DNA of 64,000 nucleotides from the human T2T-CHM13v2.0 reference genome, Homo sapiens: the NCBI RefSeq assembly GCF_009914755.1, contig NC_060934.1; one strand, written 5' to 3'. Under the pieces are notes generated by a model, which did no database searches, was not told where the DNA came from, and saw only the letters and a list, made by a program, of their open reading frames with translations. A program made the translations under genes and the position numbers. This document shows positions 1 to 12,447 of this stretch, in pieces (within the stretch, counting starts at the first letter, position 1; every line of letters starts with the position of its first letter).

Positions 1-847
1 TGGGGGTACACGGATATTCTGGAGGTTTGGGTTTGGGGGGTACATGGATATTCTGGAGGTTTGGGTTTGGGGGTACATGGATGTTCTGGAGGTTTGGGTT
101 CGGGGATGCATGGATGTTCTGGAGGTTTGGGTTTGGGGGTACATGGATGTTCTGGAGGTTTGGGTTTGGGGGTACATGGATGTTCTGGAGGTTTGGGTTA
201 AGGGATGTGTGGATGTTCTGGAGGTTTGGGTTGCGGGGTACATGGATGTTCTGGAGGTTTAGGTTCATGGATGCATGGAAGTTCTGGAGGTTTGGGTTCA
301 GGGATGCATGGAAGTTCTGGAGGTTTGGGTTCAGGGATGCATGGATGTTCTGGAGGTTTGGGTTCAGGGATGCATGGATGTTCTGGAGGTTTGGGTTCAG
401 GGATGCATGGATGTTCTGGAGGTTTGGGTTCAGGGATGCATGAATGTTCTGGAGGTTTGGGTTTGGGGGTGCATGGATGTTCTGGAGGTTTGGGTTCAGG
501 GATGCATGGATGTTCTGGAGGTTTGGGTTAAGGGATCCGTGGATGTTCTGGAGGTTTGGGTTGGAGGTGCATGGATGTTCTGGAGGTTTGGGTTTGGGGG
601 TACATGGATGTTCTGGAGGTTTGGGTTTGGGGATGCGTGGATGTTCAGGAGGTTTGGGTTTGGGGGTACATGGATGTTCTGGAGGTTTGGGTTCAGGGAT
701 GCACGGAAGTTCTGGAGGCTTGGGTTGGGGGGTACATGGATGTTCTGGAGGTTTGGGTTCAGGGATGCGTGAATGTTCTGGAGGTTTGGGTTTGGGGGTT
801 CATGGATGTTCTGGAGGTTTGGGTTCAGGGATGCATGGATGTTCTGG
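1..847. repeat. 33-bp G-rich VNTR, at least 25 copies (truncated at window start)
   Basis: Unit GGATGTTCTGGAGGTTTGGGTTTGGGGGTACAT, with an alternative variant ending ...TTCAGGGATGCAT. Confidence 0.97.
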
Positions 848-1652
848 CTGACAGCCTGGAGACCTAGGGCTAGTTACTCAGTCTCTGAGCTGGTGATGTC
901 TCATCTGTAACAGGTGAGATAACAAGGGAGGCCTTTGCAGGGAGTGAAGGGAAGCCGTGTCTCTAATCCCTGCAGGAGGGCAGAGGCCAGCCTTAGCTCT
1001 GAGTGGCAGCTCAGAGGAAGGGGCTGCAGAGGTCCGCGTGGGTCAGAGTTGAATCTGCTCAGACTTGGAGCCCAGTTAGATGAAGATGTGGAGTAAGGGC
1101 TGCATCCCACCCACCCCCGACTTTGGTAAGAGGCTGTGAGTCAGGGCGCGTTTCTAACTCTTGACCTGAGCCCCTGTGCACAGGTGCTTCTGAGTCCAGG
1201 ATCCATCCCTGAAGGTTTGCAGGCATATTAGGACAAAATTGCCATTTTGGGTCTTGGCAAATGTGCAATATGAAATTAAGTGAGTTAATCGGTAGTTGGG
1301 AAATTATTAGAGAGGCTCAAAGTCCCACTTCTGCTGCAGAAGAAAATAAGAGTCCCTGTTTTCTCAGATCTGTCCAAAACTTTCTGTGAGTGCAGCTCAC
1401 AGACCCAAGGGCCTCTAGACGCCCCCACCCAGAACTGCTGAGTGAATGGTCAAGGCTTCCTTAGATAGTCCTGGCTTGTGAACCATTGACTTGTATAGAC
1501 TTAGATATTTTATACATTATTTAAAGTTCATGAAGGCACCATGTTTGAAGCATATTTAGACATTGCTTTTAAAGAAAAATAGCTTTAACGGTGCACCTGA
1601 GAGTGACATAAGCATAACCATATTATCTTTTAAATGGAATTTTCCCCCTTCA

Positions 1653-1770
1653 TTTTTATTTTTGAGATAGGATCTTGCAATATTCTCCAGACTGGGGACC
1701 TCTGGGCTCAAGCAATCCTCCTACCTCGGCCTCTGGAGTAGCTGAGACTACAGGCACCACCATGCCTGGC
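1653..1770 (-). mobile_element. Free Alu monomer (FLAM-like)
   Basis: T-rich tail, then ...CTGGGCTCAAGCAATCCTCCTACCTCGGCCTC...GTAGCTGAGACTACAGGCACCACCATGCCTGGC; about 120 bp. Confidence 0.8.
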
Positions 1771-3314
1771 TTCCCTGTCATTTTTATCTCAATTGTTTAG
1801 AAGTTTAATGGGAATGAAAGAAGAGGGTCTTAGAAATATTTAGGTGATTGTTTAAAAACTTCCAAAGACCCTACTTCCACGGACACTCGTATTATTCATT
1901 TTAATTTTTTTTTAAGATGGAAAGAGTGTTTCAAGGAAGTGAAGTGATGGTCACAGGGGAAGCATGAAGAGGATGGAGAGAAGGTGGGTGAGGCCCAGTG
2001 AGTGTCAGAAACTCAGACCTCATGGGTCACTGTGGAGTGGAGGGCCCACACATTTCTTCAGCACCAATCCTGTTTTCAGGGAGACCCTCTATCTGGGGAG
2101 GAGCCCCCCTGACCTGCCTGTTCTGGAAAACAAGGACCCTTCACACTTATCAGGCAGCTTACACATCCGCTTCACCCCAGCACTAAGGAGCAAGGCTCAG
2201 GGCCTGAGGCCATTTCATCAACATGCTTAGTTTAATTTAAAGAATAATAAAGGAGCAGGCTTGGAGTGGAAAACCTGCACATGAAGGTTCAGACCAAGAT
2301 AACTGTTTCCTTCCGAAGGCTCAATTTCTGTTTGTAGCTGTGTTTGTTTAGTGCCTTTGGAGGAATTCCTCACTAGAGTCCTTAAACTGAAGCTGCCGAC
2401 TCGGACCACTCTATGCTTCAGCAGCAGGACTTGTTTTAGGCTTGCAAGATGGAAACAGGTGCAAAAGGTTTGTTTAAAGGGAGCCTCCCCTAAATGATAG
2501 AACATGCTGGTACTGGGTGGGGCTGGGCTGGTGCTGCCTGGTTGGGCGGAGGTGAACATCTGCCCAGGAAGGGGTGTGCAGGGCTGTCAGCCACACTGAA
2601 GGGGGTCCCAGATGAGAGGAGCCCTGGGGAGGGGCAACAATGGGACCTCCTAGGAAGAAGGCAGGAGTGTCCTAGCCGGGACCCAAAGCCACATTCCTGC
2701 CAGGTGGAGCTCCTCCTGGCCTGCTGGTGCATCATGGATTTGGAGCTCAAGAAGGCGGCTGTCTACCTGTTGTTGGATTCACTTTTTACCTTTTAGATCC
2801 ACACTACAGCTATGTATTTGCATAACTCAGCTTTGGCTGTCACAGAGGGGAGCAGCTGTGCCCATGGCTCCTGCACCTGCCCTGGTCGCAACACACACAG
2901 GCTGAACTCGGCAAGGCTGCTCTGTCTCTGCAGATCCAGGCTCTGTCCCACCTCCTGCTGAGGGACAGCCGGCAGGCCAGGCTTCCCTCACTCTCCCTAG
3001 GAAGCCAGGTCAGTTGCTCTTTTAGCATGTATTTTGTATTCAGTAAATAAGACTTTATGTCTTTTCACAGATAGCAGAGAACGACCACATGGTTACAAGC
3101 ATGCTTTTTCCTCCAATTCTTCCCTGTAAACTTGGATTCTGACATCCAGGAGACACCAAGGGAACAAACTGGATAATTGGAACTACACCACAGGCCTAGT
3201 GGTTTTAAAGGCCAATTTCTGTGGCTTCAAATTCCAAAGGAATGGGTGAGTGCAGATGGCAGGGGCTTGGCTGAGGGGTCGGTCACCCAGCAAATGCCCA
3301 GGGCAATGCCACAG

Positions 3315-3524
3315 GACCTCAGGGTGAGTGGCCTCAGGGTGAGCGACCTCAGGGTGAGTGTCCTCGGGGTGAGCATCCTCAGGGTGAGGGACCTCGGGGT
3401 GAGCGTCCTCGGGGTGAGCATCCTCAGGGTGAGCGTCTTCAGGGTGAACATCCTCGGGGTGAGGGACCTCGGAGTGAGTGACCTCGGGGTGAGCATCCTC
3501 GGGCTGAGTGTCCTTGGGGTGAGC
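3315..3524. repeat. 15-bp minisatellite, 14 copies
   Basis: Unit approximately RWCCTC(A/G)GGGTGAGY. Confidence 0.95.
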
Positions 3525-5200
3525 GTCTGCGCACCTTCCCTTTCAGCACTCAGGACAGTAACGAACACAGGGTCACACTCAAGGTCACCGAGAACTTTGG
3601 GGCATGCAGGGGGGCTGCCTGGGCTTGCATCTCCTTCTCACCTGCTGGCTCTCTCCTTTTCAAGTCGCTTTTTATCCTCTACAATATCTTGAAAGCTCAG
3701 AGCTTGAAAAGACTTGGGGGTGCTTTACCCTCCCTGGAGTCCCTTTTACGGGTCTGGTATGGTTAGCAAGCTGCCGTAGTTCACAGCCAGGGGCCCAGTT
3801 CTTTTTAGGAGAGCACCTTTGCTTGCAGGTAACTCCACTGTGGAGTTTGCCCGAGGTGCAGCTGGGCAGTAAGTGTGGCCCCTTCCCTTCCACATCTCGG
3901 CTGTTCCAACACCGAGAAGCTGCTTTCGTTTCTCCACCAAGCCCCCTCTCCCGGGCACTTGTCCCTCCTGGACCCTGCTGCCTGGGGTTGTCTTGCCCAC
4001 CGGGTAAGACATGTCCTAGCACAGAGGAGGAGAGAGTACAGGTGCCCACGTGGCTAGAGGTGGTGCTGGCTCCCTCACGGGCATTCAGGCCAATGCCCAC
4101 TGGATGCAGACATGAGCGAGTGAGTTCTCCTGTCCTTTCCCATCAGCTTCCATCAGTCACGATTTGGGGCAATTCTCACAATAAGAAGTGCAGGCCCTGG
4201 GCCCCATTTCCAGAGAGGCAGCTTTAAACAGCAAATATGGGGCAGTTGGTGTTTCATCTTTCCGAAGATAACCCAGCTGTGGAGAGAGAAAAGGCATCGA
4301 GGAGCTGCCCTCTCCTTCATCCTTGGAGGGGCGACCACACATTCCAGCAGCTGGGGACTATCCTGGCCTCATTATTAATAGTGCCCTCTCTCACTTTTCC
4401 GAGTGTCCTGGTTTGGGTGATAAATAATGTGGGCACCCTATTTAGAGGAGATCCTGTGCCGGGCACCACAATAGCCAAGGAGTCTCTATTTCCCTCCCTG
4501 AATTGTCTCATCAGACACATATCTTTCCAAGCAGAGCTAATTAGAATTTTGCATAAATGGAATTAGTAATGAGAGATTTACCCTTGTGCTATTATTTTGG
4601 CTTGAAATCTGTCCTGGACCGAATGGCTGATTTCAGTCAAGGTGATCGGGTGCCACTTGGTGCAACTCCTGGGCCCTTAAAATCTCATTTCATGTGACCT
4701 GGCTAATTGAGGTGTTTTTATGTTAATGCCTCATTATGGCCATGGTGGGAAGAGCTCCAGTTACAGGATGAAGAGCACTGTGCCCCAGGAGCACTCCGGT
4801 TTCCAGAGTGTACAGCTGCAGACTGTTCTGACACACACGCGGCGTCTAAGCCACTGTGCCACGATCTGTCGTTGAATGAGGAGATGTTCCAACGACTGGA
4901 TCGCTTGGGCTCAACACGGAAACTGAGTGCAGGGGATGCCTGCTGCCTGGACGACTGGAAAAGCCCGTTCCTCCTTAGTCTGTGGGTTGTCACTCTTAAC
5001 ATTGCTGACATTCCTTTGGCACGCTGCACTTTCTCCCCCTTAGAAATGTTCAAAGGCAGGAAGCTCCCTTCCCACAGACTCCAGTCAACAGCAGGCCCAG
5101 AGCAGCCTTAGCCACTTAACCTGCCAGGCAGTGCTCCAGTGCCGTGGCCAGCGACCCCACTCCCCCAGGCCTCCCCAGCCTGTTTGCTTGGCACCCATTC

Positions 5201-5376
5201 CCCTACATATTCTTTCCTGTGTAACCCGCCACTCATACAAACTGCCCTACATATTCTTTCCTGTGTAACCCGCCACTCATACAAACTGCCCTACATATTC
5301 TTTCCTGTGTAATCCGCCACTCATACAAACTGCCCTACATATTCTTTCCTGTGTAATCCACCACTCATACAAACTG
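5201..5376. repeat. 44-bp tandem repeat, 4 near-identical copies
   Basis: CCCTACATATTCTTTCCTGTGTAACCCGCCACTCATACAAACTG at 5201, 5245, 5289 and 5333. Confidence 0.97.
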
Positions 5377-6624
5377 CTTGGTGTTCTGGCCAATTCTGAA
5401 GCATTCTCTCATCGTCCATACTCTGTTCCTGAGCTCCTCCTTTTCCTCTCCTGCTTGAAATAACCTTTGGGTCCTCCCTCATCTGCTTCCATCTTTGCCC
5501 ATCAACACCCTTCTCCACCCACATACATACAGGGGGCAGTACAGTGTCCTCCGTAAAGACTGCTGATCGTCTTAGCCAGGGCTGGTCCCCATCACCTGCC
5601 AGGACTCCCGGGCCATGCACTTCCCACAGGCTGCATTATCTGTGTGTGTGGGCGCTTTTGGAAGTGGAGACAGAGCCTAGGGTATTTTCCCACAGTGTTC
5701 TCCACCAAAGAGTCCCAAGAACAGGGCATCCACTGAGGGACTGAAGGAGCGAGTGAAGATATTTACAGCTTTATTAGAGAAAGGCTCATCTGTCATTTAT
5801 TACCTCCTCCCAAATCTTCAGGACAGTTTTGCTTTAATAATTCACTGTGAGTGTGCTTGGGGAAAATGTCTGATGCTGGCTTCTGGCTAGAGGTAACTCA
5901 ACGTAACAGGCATGTTTGGGTCATGCCAGACCCTGGGGTGAGTTTTCAGGACACACACATACACTTGAAAAATAAAAACTCTCCTTTTATAGTCTACGAA
6001 GGCTGCAGCAGGGGACTGAATCCTCATCAGATCCCATAATAATCTTAATTGTTCTGGCCAGAAATGGGCAACTCCGTAGTAGAACACAGTATTCTCACGC
6101 CAATAGTGACGGATGTGTGTCTATAAACAAGGGGTTAGGGACCCCCCTGGAGTCATGACTTAAATGGGCCTGAGAGAAGTGGGAAGCGTCAGGTTTGAAG
6201 GCAGCCCCTGGACAGGAATAATGTAAGGACGCAGCAACCTCATCTTAGGAATGAAGTGTAGTCTTCTCGTTACAGAAGCTACCTCCGCCTGCAGACACAC
6301 CTCCAACTCTTTTTTAGCTGATTTATTTTGCTCAGGGAGAAAAAGTTTACCTTGTAGTAGCAATGAAATAATTTTTATGTCCAAGCCATGCAGAGCAGAA
6401 TGCATTTCTCTCAAATTCATTTCCTCGAAGCAGTCTATTCTAAACCAGAACACATGTGGTATGGTTCTTAATGTCCTTTTTCCCAACAACTTGTGGAAGA
6501 AAGTTCTCAAAGAAAATATTGTTAGGCCTGTTATGACTCCATTTCTTCCTGTGACGAGAAAGTCTAGAACTTAAAGAGGCAAACTAATATAGCTTAAAAA
6601 ATATTAAAAAAAAAAACCCTAAAC

Positions 6625-6735
6625 CAGGAATTAGGCCACCTAGATTCTGGTCCTGGCTCTGCAATGAATTATCCATGTGACTCTGGCAAATTGTTTGGCC
6701 TCAGGGTCATGGTTTTCCCACCTGTAAAATGAGGT
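6625..6735 (+). mobile_element. MIR fragment
   Basis: Resembles the MIR core: ...TCCTGGCTCTGC...TGTGACTCTGGCAAAT...TTTCCCACCTGTAAAATGAGG. Confidence 0.6.
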
Positions 6736-9700
6736 GATCGCAGGGCATGGTCCTGTGGTTTCTAAGAGCTCCACTATTCTGCAATCCTCCAGTGAGCAGA
6801 GCTCTCAGAGACCCCGTGGCTGCACACAGGGCTACTGCTACTCTCAAGCAGCCCAGTCCAACTTCACAATGGGGCCTGATAACATGCATTTTACATGCAA
6901 TCAAATACCGTCACCCAGTGAGGCCCGGGTGTTTGGTGTGGCTCCCTGCGAGCAATCCTCCCAGCCACAGAGTCGTAGGTGAAAGTGCAGCACACTCCGC
7001 AGAGACTCAAGGGTGTGAGGGTGCATCTATGCAGGGAGTGAGGGCACCTGAGTGTGGACAGGTGGGGCAACAGCAGGGCATGGCAAAATGAAATTCCCGA
7101 GCTTCGGTGCTGTCAGCCAGAATACAACATTCTTTCTTTAACAGACGCATATTTATGTGCCATGCAGACCCTGGGTGCTGGCACAAAGAGATATTTAAAA
7201 TTGCTTTGAAATCTATTTTCTTAAACAGAATCACTTAACCTGACTCATGAAGGGAAGAGTTGCAGTCAGTCAGGTGCAAAAATCATGGATGAGAGCTCCA
7301 CAAAGATGGAAGAACATGGAGGAATAAGAGAGCACTGGGCGTCGAAGACCCAGAGGCCTCAGCACGAAGCCAGCAGCTCATCCACAAGCTCAGATGCAAA
7401 GGAAGGACCAGTGTCTGTGCCCCTCCCGGGTTTCCTCCCATGCTTCTGCAGAGCCACTGAGGGTCTCGCCTAGAGGAATGGCAGCCAGATGATCTGCCAA
7501 ATGAAGAAAGCTGCCTGGGAAGCCATTTGCACTTTAAGGAAACCAGTATCCCCTGAAAGTCGGTCTTAGAAACCAACCAACCAAGCAAAAATGACCCCAA
7601 ACCAGAGACCCGAAAGGACCACGGGTATTGGGTAGTCTCTTTGCTTCATCCCCTCGGTTGGCCATTCTTTTCTGTGCAACCTGGGATTAAGCCGGGTTCA
7701 GGGTGTAATTTCCGAATGGCAACTGCATCTCCCACTGCAGTTAGCGTCACTCAACTGCTTCTCAGGGTTCAAACGCATTGTGTCACTCACAGCCTCCGTT
7801 AGCAAGACCAGAGAGCAGAGGGGTCCCCCAACACCGTGGCCAGGCGTGTCCTGGGAAGGGGTTGAGAACATTACGGTGACTGTAAGAAATTTAAATTGCA
7901 CATATTTACAGAAACAGAATAATATTTAAATCAGTATGTAATGCAGACGGCCAGGGGCAGATGGGTTCTCATGGCATTCAGTACCATTGTGGCAAGGGCT
8001 GCAGATGAGAGAGTGAGAGGCCGCAAAGCCCATGAGGCCAACACCTGATACAGCTCTTTAAACACAGCCCGAATGCCGGCGGCAACACAGCACCGCGGAG
8101 GTGGGCTAAGAAGCACGTGGTTATCGAACGTTGTCATTCATCACAGCTTCATTTGCGTGGAAGCAGAGATGACTATGCTGCTGCAGACAATGTTTTGTGT
8201 GCTTTTCATGCTTTACTTATGGGATAGACATGATTTCTCATTCACAGAGGAGAACAGTGGGATATTTGTGTGAGTTCACATAGGGAGAAACAAATAGCGC
8301 TAGCATTCCTACCGAGATAGGTCTGACCCCAGATGCAATTCACTTTTCCGAGGATTTGGGCATCTCTTGGTTCTAAATTAAATCTTATTTCTGAGAACTT
8401 TAAAATTGTGCTTCATAAGGAATCCAACTGACCTGATTGAGCACATTTCGGGGAACATGACTCTAGAAGGATGAAGCGAGGTATGGAAAGAAGAAAACCA
8501 AACAAACTCACATGAAAAACTTCTTAATTTATTCGAAAGGCAGAAGAAGTAGTGAGCTCGAAAGATTTTGCAGTGATGAAAAGTTCAGAAACTCCCAGTT
8601 TCTGGGTGAACTCCTTGAAGGCTGCAATGCACAGGGTCAAGGGGTCCGAAGCAGGGAGTGGAGTCTGTTTGCCCTCAGATCCGCTTGGGTCTTTGTGCCC
8701 AGAATGGATGCTGGTGGAGAAACACTTGGTGTTTTTGTACCAGACTCACCAGGTAACTGTCGCCGAGTCAGAGCGGGTCATGGCAAATGTTTAGTGGGTC
8801 AGCCTTACACACAGATCTTATTTTGAGATACCAAGATGGATAGAAAGGAGAGAAAAAGACATCATGACTGTTTCTGAAGAAATTGTAGCTTGGAAATGAT
8901 AGCTTGGTTTGGATGAGCAGAGAAACGCAGGCAAGGAAAAGAATCACATAAGAAGGCGGTGGGGCTGAGTCCGAGGCCGGATGTGAGGGGTGGACTCTGT
9001 AAACGGAGCCTCCCTGAGTCAGAGGAGACTGCACCGAAAGGTGCCCTCTCAAAAGGACTGTGCAAAGGGTGGCTCCGGTGTGCGTGAAAGACCACCGCCA
9101 AAGAGCCGGGATCCCACACTAGTGTGGATGCCTGTGCGCTGTGATCACAATGAGACAATGATAAGACCCTCTTCAGGGAGTGAAGTGCGTTTCAAAAGCA
9201 CATCTTAACGAATTTAAATAGGAGAAGCAAACTATGGAGTGATCCTTCAAAGCACAGAAGAAAACTCCATCTATAGACTCCAAGGTGTTAAGTCCAAAAT
9301 AACGTTCCTCTGAAATCCATGACAGAAAAACAGACTTCTTTCTTAGAGAAGTTTTCTGAGAAGATGGTGGAAAAACTAAAGACATCTTTCTTAGCTACTA
9401 AATGTTTTCTTAATGCATTCAAACTTCCAGGGCCTGTACGAAAACCTAAAAACACTTTTTTTTCAGAACTCAGAGAAACATAGAATGTGAAGTGTTTGTT
9501 ATAAGATTCAAAGTTAAAACTTTGTGGTGAAAAATGTATTTCTGTATGCACACACACACATATATATTCTCTATATCTGGAATAACATAATAATAGTCCC
9601 TGGAACTTTTCAAACAGAAAGAATGAATGGGGCACTTTTCTTAAGATATTTCTGTCTAACTGGATTGTAGAAAGTTCTAGATTTCCTTTTTCTCTTGTCC

Positions 9701-9920
9701 CTTAACTAAAGGTTTATATGTCTCACCAAATGGCAATAGTGTTTTAACCACTTTTTAGCCACTCTGAGCCCTTCATTTTGATTATTTTGTAAACCCCAAA
9801 CTGTTGTTTTATTTTTAATTATTAAATGGTGCTGAGACAGGTCAGGTTCTGGCAAACGGGAAAAGCTGATTTCACCAAAAGATTTTGCAGTTTGAAAAGT
9901 TGCGATGGAAATGCTTCATA

Positions 9921-10156
9921 AATGGGCAGCAGAGCAAACCCAGAAGCTCAGGAATGCGTGAGTTCTGAGTGTGGGTTCTTATCCTTGTCTGTGCTCACAG
10001 GTGGGAAGTCAGAGAGGACCTGGAAGCCAAGGATAGTGCAAGTTCCGACTGGGGGCCTCATCCATGCTCATGAGTGGGTGGTCAGAGTGGACCCAGAAGC
10101 CAAGGATAGTGTGAGTTCTGAGTGTGGGTTGTCATCCTTGCTCATGGGTGGGTGGG
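9921..10156. repeat. Degenerate ~72-79-bp tandem repeat, about 3 copies
   Basis: Recurring CAGAG..ACCCAGAAGCCAAGGATAGTGTGAGTTCTGAGTGTGGG..ATCCTTGCTCA. Confidence 0.75.
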
Positions 10157-12036
10157 GACTGTGGGATGAGGAGGAGGGAGAAGACCGGACAGGACCATGT
10201 CGAGTCTGGAGGGCCAGCAGTAATGCAGTTTAAGGAATGAAGCCAGATTCTCTTTCTATGAGCAGGGCATGTCTGCCAGCCAGCAGCCCGGGGTGCGAGC
10301 TGTGTGAGCATGTGTGTTGGTGAGTGCGTGAGTGTGTGTGTGAGTTTGTGTGAATGTGTGCCTGTGAGGAAGATAGAGACAGAGAAAGAAGGACAGAGAC
10401 ACAGCGGCCACCTGAATGAGCACACCAAGATCAACTTGACTCCCTGGGTGACAAAGTCAATCCTCAGCACCGAGCAACACGAATGACTCCATACATGCGA
10501 TTTCATGGGTACAGCTTCACCTTTCCCCCTTCTTCTCTTTCCTGTGCCTTGTACCTGACACATGGAATTCTAAATAACAGGCAGGTACCGAATCCATCAC
10601 AGAGTGAAATAATATATTTGTAAAGGTGCTGAATCCTTGGGAAAATTTAGAATTTTCTCTGGAACAAAATTCTATAAATTCTCATTCCCTCATAAAATGG
10701 AATGTAAGAAATAACTCAAAGCCATTGTTAGGTTTTTGCTTACTACATTAAAATGTGGACTGACCTTTCTCACTTTGCATACAGCACAAAGTCAACAGAG
10801 AAAAGGGAGGCGACGCAGGAGGGACTCAGATGTTTCTCAGCACGTCTTTAAAGAAATGAAGACACCCCAAGGGTCCTGCCCAGACCTCTCCTGGCTGGAA
10901 TCAAGGTCCTGATGGAGATCATCATGGAAAATGCAGCCAGCACTTGTGCCCCATGGGGCTGGGCTGGGGGAACAAGGACTTCAGCCCTCCAGTGGGGGAG
11001 GCTGAGTATGTGCAGGGCGGACGTGGCTGGGTGGCCTCTGCCCGGGACGGATGGGCTGCAATGTGGACTCTGCCTGGCTTGGACACTCCCACACCCACTC
11101 CAGTGGCTCAGCCTTCCCGGAATGGCTTCTGTTAATCTGTTTCCCATTCTTTTCCTTTTAAATTGAATCAGGCCTGAGAGGATAAACACTTCCAAGTGAA
11201 ATAAATCTTGGTATTTGAGGGCTATTAGGCTTTTCACCTGCTTCTTCAAAAAGTCTCTACAAAAACAAAAACAGAAACCCATGGAGGCTGGTTAGGGGAA
11301 GCAGCACTTTAATTTCAGGGCGGTGCTGATAGCTGGGCCATCGATCTGCAGGGGCAGGGGATGGGCCAAGGCCTCGGCGGGGGTTCTCTGTGGCTTGGGC
11401 CGGCGGTTAAATGAAATGAATGGCTCGGTCATAAACTGGTTGGAATGAATCAATTGAGTCGAACAAGGACAGGATCATGTGCTGGGAGAGTGAGAACCAA
11501 ATAGGTTTGAAGGAAGCATACCTTGAAAACTACAGCTGCCGCAAGCTCTTGCAATCAGGAAACTGATGAGCAGTTAATTTGTGTGAAAGTAGGGGAAGGT
11601 CTAATGGTGGTTGCGTGATAAGAAACAAGGCTGTGGGTTGCTGATGGAGCCCATCAATCTTCCAGGAGTAGCCGAACGTTCCCTCGTCACATGAGTAAGG
11701 AAACGTACGGGACTGTGAACCCGCTGGGCTTCCGGCACACAATTAGCTGATGCCATGGTGCACCCCGGCTTGTCTCTCTCTGCAAGCATTATTTTGCTAA
11801 TTAAGTTGTAGACACTTTAAGGTCAAAGGCTCTGTCTTAGACCGTTTTATGTGGTGGGCACAAGAATAATATGATATCACTTATGTTAATTAAGGATACT
11901 ATTATAAGTATCATATTAACATTAACAAATGTTTATTGTTGATTTCTCTAGTAAATGATCATTCCAAACAATAAATATGTTGAACTTTGACACGTGAAAG
12001 TTTCAGCTAACTAATTGTGATCAAAGTCTAAAATGA

Positions 12037-12447
<411 letters not shown>

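Noticed and set aside
27-867. Overlapping repetitive ORFs (WMFWRFGF..., MDVLEVWV...)
   Set aside because: Translations of the 33-bp VNTR.
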